IMG/VR virus record: IMGVR_UViG_3300031820_000014
Location: 1 to 31,081 of that record
Direction: 5' to 3' (one strand)
Source of the DNA: a virus
Taxonomy: Duplodnaviria > Caudoviricetes
DNA length: 31,081 nucleotides
A program made the translations under genes and the position numbers. The stretch's first letter is position 1. Each line of letters starts with the position of its first letter. Positions 25,662 through 31,081 of this stretch are shown here, piece after piece. Under the pieces are notes generated by a model. It searched no databases. It was given only the letters and a program-made list of their open reading frames with translations, and had not been told where the DNA came from.

Positions 25662-26114
25662 ATGCGTCACCGCCACCGTGAGGAGAGCCTGAGCCTCCGC
25701 GAGTACGTCGACCTGCGTACCAACGAGACGCGGGCGTACCTCGACCTGCGCCTGACCGAGCTGGAGAAGCGTCTCACCGGCGAGCGTGCCCTGCTGGTCG
25801 TAGCCAACGCGGACCGGCAGGCCGAGATGGAGCGGCGGCTGACGGGGCTCAACGAGCTGCGCAACGAGGTCCTCGCCGATAGGAGCCTGTTCGTGACCAA
25901 GGACGCCTTCGAGCTGGTCTCCACCCGGGCCGGCAGCTCGGTGCTGCGCGAGTACTACGACGAGCAGCACCAGAACCTGGCCGAGCGGGTGGGCGCCAAC
26001 GCGCAGGCGATCGCGTCGATGCGCAGCCGTTCGGCGGCGTACACCGCCGCGATGGGCATGGCGCTCACGCTGCTGACCGCCGTCGTGATCATCATTCAGA
26101 TAGTGCACCGCTGA
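25662..26114 (+). CDS. Coiled-coil protein with C-terminal TM (lysis cassette)
   Basis: 150 aa, ends AMGMALTLLTAVVIIIQIV. Follows the endolysin. Confidence 0.7.
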   Translation: MRHRHREESLSLREYVDLRTNETRAYLDLRLTELEKRLTGERALLVVANADRQAEMERRLTGLNELRNEVLADRSLFVTKDAFELVSTRAGSSVLREYYDEQHQNLAERVGANAQAIASMRSRSAAYTAAMGMALTLLTAVVIIIQIVHR

Positions 26115-26236
26115 TGCCGTCCGACACGCCGCCCCCCGGTACCCCGGCACCGTCTGGTCCCCCACCCGGTCCGACCCATCCGACCCCGACCGGTCCCGGG
26201 CAGCCACCGAGCCCTCCTCCACCACCACCGCGCTGA
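26114..26236 (+). CDS. Proline-rich micro-ORF (40 aa, 21 Pro)
   Basis: TGATG coupling. MPSDTPPPGTPAPSGPPPGPTHPTPTGPGQPPSPPPPPPR. Below the ORF-track cut-off. Confidence 0.5.
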   Translation: MPSDTPPPGTPAPSGPPPGPTHPTPTGPGQPPSPPPPPPR

Positions 26237-26264
26237 CCTCCTCCCAGGCGTACGCTGGATCGCG

Positions 26265-26367
26265 GCTCGATGTAGCTCAGTGGATAGAGCGCCGCCCAGG
26301 GCGCGAGGGTCGTCCAGGACTCGACGCGTCGAGGCGGAGGTCGCCGGTTCGAGTCCGGTCTCGAAGC
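26265..26367 (+). ncRNA. tRNA-like RNA with extended anticodon arm
   Basis: TA-GCTC AGTGGATA GAGC D arm, CCGCC/GGCGG stem enclosing 36 nt, AGGTC variable loop, GCCGG TTCGAGT CCGGT T arm, bulged acceptor stem, no CCA end. Confidence 0.7.
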
Positions 26368-26409
26368 TAGGAAGCGCTAGGTGCTGGACTCGCCTGGCGC
26401 TTCTGCCTT

Positions 26410-26610
26410 TCAGCGGCCGGTCAGCAGCTGCGCGTCGTCGACGTGCCCGTCCGCGTACTGCTCGTCCCCACACACCAGGCAGTACCAGGACAGATGGCCG
26501 CCTGCCCGCGCCCGGTCACAGGAGCAGTGGGCGAAGCCGACCTTGACCTTGCGCGGCCCGAGCGGGTGACCGTTCCGGCAGGTCACCGGTGGGTGCTGGG
26601 CACTGAACAC
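26410..26610 (-). CDS. Small Cys/His-rich putative zinc-finger protein
   Basis: 66 aa with CRNGH, CSC, GH, CLVC. Leaderless GTG 7 nt after TACGAT. Confidence 0.75.
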   Translation of the reverse strand: MFSAQHPPVTCRNGHPLGPRKVKVGFAHCSCDRARAGGHLSWYCLVCGDEQYADGHVDDAQLLTGR

Positions 26611-26617
26611 AAGCCCG

Positions 26618-26634
26618 ATCGTACGACTGTTCGA
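26618..26634 (-). promoter_or_regulatory. Actinobacterial LexA (SOS) box overlapping a -10 element
   Basis: Minus strand TCGAACAGTCGTACGA against consensus TCGAAC-N4-GTTCGA (1 mismatch). -10 TACGAT at 26623-26618. Confidence 0.75.
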
Positions 26635-26648
26635 GAGGTAGGAAAGAA

Positions 26649-26984
26649 ATGATGCAGCCGACCATCGGCCGGATCGTGCACTACACGCTGAACGACGCCG
26701 ACGCGACCGCGATCAACGTGCGCCGCGCGGACTTTCAGGCATTCCAACGTTCGCACGCACACCCGCACGAGGCAGGCCAGCCCGGAGCGACCGGTCACGT
26801 CGCGCACGTCGGCAACCACGCAGAGGCCGGGCAGACGTACCCCGCCGTCGTGGTGCGCGTCTTCGACCCGAGCGTCACGACGTCCAACCTCCAGGTGCTG
26901 CTCGACGGCAACGACACGTACTGGGCGACCTCCCGACTGGAGGGCGAGGGGCCGGGTACCTGGGCGTGGCCAGCGCGCTCATGA
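26649..26984 (+). CDS. Hypothetical phage protein (PTIGRIVHY family)
   Basis: QPTIGRIVHY...PAVVVRV...NLQVLLDG...W.WP motif pattern. RBS AGGAAAG. Confidence 0.8.
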   Translation: MMQPTIGRIVHYTLNDADATAINVRRADFQAFQRSHAHPHEAGQPGATGHVAHVGNHAEAGQTYPAVVVRVFDPSVTTSNLQVLLDGNDTYWATSRLEGEGPGTWAWPARS

Positions 26985-27184
26985 GCCGCTGGCGTGTCGG
27001 CCGCCACCTCGGCCGGACGATCTACGACGGCGACCGCTTCGAGGGCATCCTCGAATCCCCCGAGCTTGCTGCCCGCGTCGTCGAGCTGCTGAACGGCAGC
27101 CGGTACGCGGCCGGCGGCGGCGTCATCGCACCACCCGCCCCCGGCTCGATGCCGCTCCTGGTCGGCGAGACCGGTCCGGAGTAG
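26981..27184 (+). CDS. Hypothetical protein
   Basis: ATGA coupling. WRVGR..GRTIY...ELAARVVELLN. Confidence 0.65.
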   Translation: MSRWRVGRHLGRTIYDGDRFEGILESPELAARVVELLNGSRYAAGGGVIAPPAPGSMPLLVGETGPE

Positions 27185-27189
27185 CCACG

Positions 27190-27417
27190 ATGGACGGCTG
27201 GACGATCGCCTGGCTGGTCTGGGGCGCCCTGTTCCTGCTCATCGAGGGCCTGGCCCTGGTCAAGAGCAGGCACCAGGAGGGAACCCTCTCCGACAACGTG
27301 TGGCGCTGGTTCGGCGTCCGGTCCCGGCACTGGACGGCCTGGGTGATCGTCCGCCGGCTGGTCCTGGCCCTGTTGCTGGTCGTCCTCACGCTCCACCTGA
27401 CGCTGGCGTGGCCGTGA
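27190..27417 (+). CDS. Small two-TM membrane protein
   Basis: WTIAWLVW..LF..IEG.AL....TLS..VW.WF, second TM ending ..HL. Confidence 0.75.
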   Translation: MDGWTIAWLVWGALFLLIEGLALVKSRHQEGTLSDNVWRWFGVRSRHWTAWVIVRRLVLALLLVVLTLHLTLAWP

Positions 27418-27779
27418 CCGGGACCGTCGCTGTCGACTTCGATGGCGTGATCCACACGTACGAGCGCGGCTGGGCGGACGGCAGCATCTACGGCGACTTC
27501 ATGCCAGGCGCGGTCCAGGGACTGACCCGGCTGATGTTCCGCTACGCCGTGTTCATCCACACCACCCGCAACGCCCGGCAGGTGGCGCACTGGATCGAGG
27601 ACCGGTCCGGACACGGCTTCGAGTGCACGACGTGGTTCCCGCGCTGGCGCAAGTTCTGGAATACCAAGGACTTGCTGCTGGTGACTAATCGCAAGCTGCC
27701 GGCGCTCGCGTACCTCGATGACCGGGCGGTGCGCTTCACCGACTGGCCGGCCGCCCTCGCGGAGATCGCGCCGGACTGA
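27414..27779 (+). CDS. Minimal (capless) HAD-superfamily phosphatase
   Basis: VAVDFDGVIH (motif I), HTTR (II), K (III), YLDDRA (IV). GTGA coupling. Confidence 0.8.
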   Translation: MTGTVAVDFDGVIHTYERGWADGSIYGDFMPGAVQGLTRLMFRYAVFIHTTRNARQVAHWIEDRSGHGFECTTWFPRWRKFWNTKDLLLVTNRKLPALAYLDDRAVRFTDWPAALAEIAPD

Positions 27780-27810
27780 TGGTCCCACTCCCTTCGATGT
27801 GGAGGAGCCG

Positions 27811-28074
27811 ATGATGACGCAACCGAAGATGCGGGTACCGGCCGAGTTACCCCCGCCGGCCCACCTGGATGCCCGCAACCGGGCGGTACGCACATTCCTG
27901 CAGGGGCTGCTCGCCACCGTCTTCGCGGCGATCGGGCCGGTGCTGCTGTCCTGGACCGGCACGATCCGTTGGACCAAGGAGTGGTGGATCGCCTCGGGTA
28001 CCGCGCTCGGCCTCGTCGCGCTGACCGCCGTGATCTCCTACATCACCCGGTACACCCACCCGCCGAACGTGTGA
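27811..28074 (+). CDS. Putative holin
   Basis: RAVRTFLQG plus two TM segments. RBS GGAGGAG, ATG-ATG start. Confidence 0.7.
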   Translation: MMTQPKMRVPAELPPPAHLDARNRAVRTFLQGLLATVFAAIGPVLLSWTGTIRWTKEWWIASGTALGLVALTAVISYITRYTHPPNV

Positions 28075-28081
28075 GGCCACG

Positions 28082-28225
28082 ATGAGCCTCGCGGTCCTGC
28101 TCTTCCTCCTGGCGCTGCTCTGCTTCGCCATCGAGGCGATCTGGCACCGGTCCCTGCTCGCCCTCGGGCTGTTCCTGGTGACCGTCGTCTGGTTCCTGCA
28201 GGCCGGCGGCGTGCACGTCTCGTAA
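28082..28225 (+). CDS. Small hydrophobic membrane protein (47 aa)
   Basis: MSLAVLLFLLALLCFAIEAIWHRSLLALGLFLVTVVWFLQAGGVHVS. GAGG RBS. Not in the ORF track. Confidence 0.65.
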   Translation: MSLAVLLFLLALLCFAIEAIWHRSLLALGLFLVTVVWFLQAGGVHVS

Positions 28226-28297
28226 GCTGGATGAGGATGAAGGATGCGATCGATGGGCGGTGAATGACGATGGAAGACGGCCAGTGATCGATCTCGG

Positions 28298-28370
28298 TGC
28301 AGGGTAGAGCAGTTGGTAGCTCGCCGGCCTCATAAGCCGGAGGTCGCCGGTTCGAGTCCGGTCCCTGCCA
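28298..28370 (+). tRNA. tRNA-Met(CAT), initiator-like
   Basis: TGCAGGG/CCCTGCC acceptor with 1:72 mismatch, GAGC/GCTC D stem, CCGGC-CTCATAA-GCCGG anticodon arm, TTCGAGT T loop. CCA not encoded. Confidence 0.9.
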
Positions 28371-28401
28371 CGCCTTGCGACCAACAGGCAGTCCCACCAC
28401 A

Positions 28402-28455
28402 GAAAGCGGCCCGCCGCACTCGGTCCTCGTGACCGGGTGCGGCGGGCCGCCTTTC
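28402..28455. terminator. Long hairpin, probable bidirectional terminator
   Basis: GAAAGCGGCCCGCCGCACTCGGTC-CTCGT-GACCGGGTGCGGCGGGCCGCCTTTC between convergent transcription units. Confidence 0.8.
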
Positions 28456-28464
28456 GTCGTGCTC

Positions 28465-28695
28465 TCAGCCTTTGAGGATGTGGACCGGCTCGCTCCCGGT
28501 GTCCGCGTCGGCGCCTTCCCAGACGCACACCCGCCAGTTGCCGCCATCGGCAACGGTCTGGTTGGTGGCTGCGAAGGCCGCGATCTGCTCGGCGCTCTCG
28601 CCCTCCAGCGCGGTAACGGTCTCGGCCGGGTGTAGCGCCTGCCAGACGTCGCCGCGCTCGTCGCCGGCCTGGATCTCAACGGTGTACTCGCTCAT
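28465..28695 (-). CDS. Acidic hypothetical protein
   Basis: MSEYTVEIQ..., RBS GAGAGGA 8 nt upstream. Confidence 0.7.
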   Translation of the reverse strand: MSEYTVEIQAGDERGDVWQALHPAETVTALEGESAEQIAAFAATNQTVADGGNWRVCVWEGADADTGSEPVHILKG

Positions 28696-28715
28696 GGTGT
28701 GCATCCTCTCGTGCT

Positions 28716-28967
28716 CTACTCGGGGTTGGTCAGGAGGTAGACCGTTAACGCTGCGTGCAGCCGCACCATGTCCTCGCGGCTCATGTCGAACTGGATGGCT
28801 TCGCCCCGGCCGTCGCCGATCTCCATACGCCGGATACCGCTGTGGTCGTCGACCTGGGTGCACCAGTCGAAGTACCGGCAGTTGGCGACGATGTTCTCCC
28901 GGTCGAGGTACACCCCGGTCGGGTCCTGGACGGCGAGGCTGGCGATCAGGGATTCGATGTTCGTCAT
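28716..28967 (-). CDS. Hypothetical protein, leaderless
   Basis: MTNIESLIASL..., ATG 6 nt after -10 CATACT. Confidence 0.7.
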   Translation of the reverse strand: MTNIESLIASLAVQDPTGVYLDRENIVANCRYFDWCTQVDDHSGIRRMEIGDGRGEAIQFDMSREDMVRLHAALTVYLLTNPE

Positions 28968-28973
28968 GAGGTA

Positions 28974-29002
28974 AGTATGTTGCGCTAGCGCATCCAACTC
29001 AA
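28974..29002 (-). promoter_or_regulatory. SigA-type promoter with palindromic operator in the spacer
   Basis: TTGAGT-17-CATACT. Operator GTTGCGCTAGCGCATC (+ strand 28979-28994). Confidence 0.75.
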
Positions 29003-29305
29003 GCATGCCTGACCAGGGACAATGGCGCACCGAGGAGGGAGCATCGCGTGCGGCGCCGGACCGGCCTGCCTGGAATCGGGCAAAGCGGCCAGGATCAGCG
29101 GTGCGTGACCGTCCAATGAGGACGATGTAAGGGACCGCGAGGCAGCATCCGCTTACAGGCGCTGGTCGTTGCCGAACCTTGACCGATCGGCCCATGCCAA
29201 ACCGGACAGATCGAAAAAGATCATGCCCGTGGAGATCGACTAGCGCGGCGGCCGGAACGAATCGGGCAGCACAGTCCGTGACCCTAGCGCCTCGAACTAA
29301 GGCCT

Positions 29306-29334
29306 TAGCACGTTGCGCCAGCGCAACCTACACT
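29306..29334 (+). promoter_or_regulatory. SigA-type promoter with palindromic operator in the spacer
   Basis: TAGCAC-17-TACACT, ATG 7 nt later. Operator GTTGCGCCAGCGCAAC (29312-29327). Confidence 0.75.
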
Positions 29335-29341
29335 GAACGGC

Positions 29342-29569
29342 ATGGCGCAGATCCGGATCACCGTAGACGGCAAGCTCGCCTTCACCACCGCACAGGCGGC
29401 GACGAAGCACGACCGGACCCGGCCCAACATGCGGATGCTCCTCGCCCGCCTCGCCCTGGAGCCCGTCGCGCACCTCGACGACCGGACCCCGCTGTACTCG
29501 GCGGCCGAGCTGGCGCGCGCCGTCAAGGCGCTACCGGGCCGAGGCGCGAACCTGCGAGCTCACGGGTAG
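29342..29569 (+). CDS. Small HTH (MerR/Xis-like) DNA-binding protein
   Basis: FTTAQAA....T...MR..L.R, wing ...LY...EL, C-terminal PGRG. Confidence 0.7.
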   Translation: MAQIRITVDGKLAFTTAQAATKHDRTRPNMRMLLARLALEPVAHLDDRTPLYSAAELARAVKALPGRGANLRAHG

Positions 29570-29594
29570 CCAGGAAGAGGAGCCAGGACAGGAC

Positions 29595-30302
29595 CTACGG
29601 GACTAACCAATCGGTTACGCCCCCGTCTTGGGGCTGGTACTCGATGAACTGAGGATGGCGGCCGGCGGGGACACCGAACGTGATCCAGCCTCGGACACAG
29701 CGCCCGACCGGCACCACCCGGTCCTGGGGGTACTCGGGTTGCGGGAACTGTCCGTAGATCACGTTCGACGGTTGGACCACGGCGCCATCGGCGTAGGTGA
29801 CCGCCCAGGGCAGCCAACTCACACGGATCGCCCCCGCATCTGCCTTCCGCGCGCAGATCCGGATGTCGGCCGATCCCCATTCGTAGCCGGCGGCCGGCGG
29901 CTCCGGGGTGGATGCGCTCGGCTGGCGCCAAGCGAAAACGGTCGTGTCGGCCGAGGCGTCCCCGGCGACGATCGTCACCGTAATACCGAGAGCCTTGCCG
30001 GCAGGTGCGGCAGGAGGCGCTGTCGGGATCGCCGAGGGTTCGCTACGCGCCGCCGTGCTCGGGGAGGTCACCGCACCGGCCGGGATGCTTGCCGCGCGCC
30101 GGTCGCTAGTGTTCTGGACCAGGATGTACGCCGCCCCGGCGATGATCAGCGCGATCGCCCCGGTGATTCCGGCGACCAGCCACGGCGACCTACCCGTCCG
30201 CACCCGAGGTGCCGCGGTGACCTGCGCCAGGGTGAACGACTCCTCGGGCGGACCCGGCACGTACGGGGCGTTGCGGATAGGTGGCTCTCCGGGGTACACC
30301 AT
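29595..30302 (-). CDS. Membrane-anchored DUF4352-like Ig-fold protein
   Basis: TM WLVAGITGAIALIIAGAAYILV, Pro/Ser/Ala linker, V..G.CVRGWITF.VP....P..IEY. Start 30302 or 30311. Confidence 0.75.
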   Translation of the reverse strand: MVYPGEPPIRNAPYVPGPPEESFTLAQVTAAPRVRTGRSPWLVAGITGAIALIIAGAAYILVQNTSDRRAASIPAGAVTSPSTAARSEPSAIPTAPPAAPAGKALGITVTIVAGDASADTTVFAWRQPSASTPEPPAAGYEWGSADIRICARKADAGAIRVSWLPWAVTYADGAVVQPSNVIYGQFPQPEYPQDRVVPVGRCVRGWITFGVPAGRHPQFIEYQPQDGGVTDWLVP

Positions 30303-30319
30303 GCCGCGCATCCTGGTAC

Positions 30320-30568
30320 CTACCCCTCGCCCTCGGTAACCGGATGATCGGCGGATGACGATCCGATGATCGGGTCGAACAGCCTGTCGCCGGCCGCCTT
30401 GAGCCTCTCCCACCCGTCCCGGCTCAGGTCCAGGACGCCGGTCAGCTCGCTGCGCTCGACGACCAGCCGGAGGACCGGGTCGGCGTCGAGGCGCTCGTCG
30501 CGGTCGGCCAGGTACACGGACACGTCGCAACCGGTCACCCGGTCCTCGACGTCGTAGCGCTCACCCAT
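30320..30568 (-). CDS. Hypothetical protein
   Basis: 82 aa, RBS GAAGGGA. Confidence 0.65.
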   Translation of the reverse strand: MGERYDVEDRVTGCDVSVYLADRDERLDADPVLRLVVERSELTGVLDLSRDGWERLKAAGDRLFDPIIGSSSADHPVTEGEG

Positions 30569-30695
30569 CGCCGCGTCCCTTCACGACCGGCACCGGGTAG
30601 GGGCAGGGCGCCTGCAGGATCGTGGCGACCATGGCCAGGTGCTGGACGGCGCGCAGGTACAGCCACAGCGGCACCGGGGGCAGCAGCAGTCTCAC
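30561..30695 (-). CDS. Small hypothetical protein (44 aa)
   Basis: MRLLLPPVPLWLYLRAVQHLAMVATILQAPCPYPVPVVKGRGDG. Overlaps both neighbours. Confidence 0.45.
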   Translation of the reverse strand: MRLLLPPVPLWLYLRAVQHLAMVATILQAPCPYPVPVVKGRGDG

Positions 30696-30832
30696 TGCGT
30701 CGCCCCGATCGCGCCCCAGGCCAGGGCGCCCAGCCAGGCCCAGAACAGGACTCCCACCGTCACCGCCGCCAGGTAAGCAACACCAGCAACCCGACCAGGA
30801 CCACGATCACGACCACCGTCGCCGCCATCCAC
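30692..30832 (-). CDS. Small single-TM protein (46 aa)
   Basis: GTG 7 nt after AGGGAGG. MDGGDGGRDRGPGRVAGVAYLAAVTVGVLFWAWLGALAWGAIGATQ. Confidence 0.55.
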   Translation of the reverse strand: MDGGDGGRDRGPGRVAGVAYLAAVTVGVLFWAWLGALAWGAIGATQ

Positions 30833-31000
30833 CTCGATGCCTCCCTAGCCCCCCGACAGCCCGCGACCGACATCAACGGACTGCCGGGGGAGTCCTACCT
30901 GGGGTGGCGTGCCGACCCCGTGAGCCCCACGGGGCCGGCGCGCGGGGAGCGACCGTCAGCTTGCCAACCGGGGGACGCACCCGTCTCGCAAGGTACCATA

Positions 31001-31040
31001 GGTGGCTATAGGAGGCTACAGGCGGTTAGGAGAGGCTACT
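31001..31040. repeat. Four phased imperfect 10-bp direct repeats
   Basis: GGTGGCTATA / GGAGGCTACA / GGCGGTTAGG / AGAGGCTACT. Confidence 0.6.
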
Positions 31041-31081
31041 TGTGGTGATCGGTCCTGTCGTGATCGAATCGGCTCGCCAAC

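Larger units (their letters stand above)
1..31081 (+). mobile_element. Part of an actinobacterial HK97-type siphovirus/prophage (late region plus accessory end)
   Basis: Complete packaging-head-tail-lysis gene order. No integrase or att site is visible in the window. Confidence 0.93.

Noticed and set aside
26265-26367. Functional standard tRNA-Pro/Trp, tmRNA or YrlA
   Set aside because: No 7-nt loop with U33, the acceptor stem is bulged, there is no tag ORF or alanine acceptor identity, and arm order is not permuted. Kept as a tRNA-like ncRNA instead.
28298-28370. tRNA-Met as the prophage attachment boundary
   Set aside because: Phage-like small genes continue on both sides and no integrase is visible. 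It cannot be excluded without flanking sequence.
29003-29305. Possible ncRNA or small ORF in the 300-bp intergenic gap
   Set aside because: I found no convincing stem-loop set or RBS-supported ORF by eye.

Overview
High-GC actinobacterial temperate siphovirus/prophage late region, almost all on the + strand. The order is terminase small and large subunits, HK97-type portal, a two-gene insert (arginine-type ADP-ribosyltransferase plus an unknown protein with a shared W/F-D/N-x-x-x-H/E-P-R leader), DUF6582-like/prohead protease fusion, HK97 major capsid, small head-associated genes, a GT-A glycosyltransferase, head-tail adaptor, a four-gene fibre/decoration block, head closure, gp10, tail terminator, tail tube, -1 frameshifted tail chaperones, short tape measure, Dit, hub and GH25 endolysin. 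A ~5 kb accessory end follows. It holds a polyproline micro-ORF, a tRNA-like RNA with a 36-nt insert in place of the anticodon loop, a LexA-boxed leaderless Zn-finger gene, a HAD phosphatase, a holin, an initiator-type tRNA-Met, divergent leaderless promoters sharing one operator, and a DUF4352-like membrane protein. The best candidates for new biology are the putative capsid-cargo cassette (3900-6286) and the tRNA-mimic locus (26114-26367). All family calls come from motif recognition and synteny; no searches were run.
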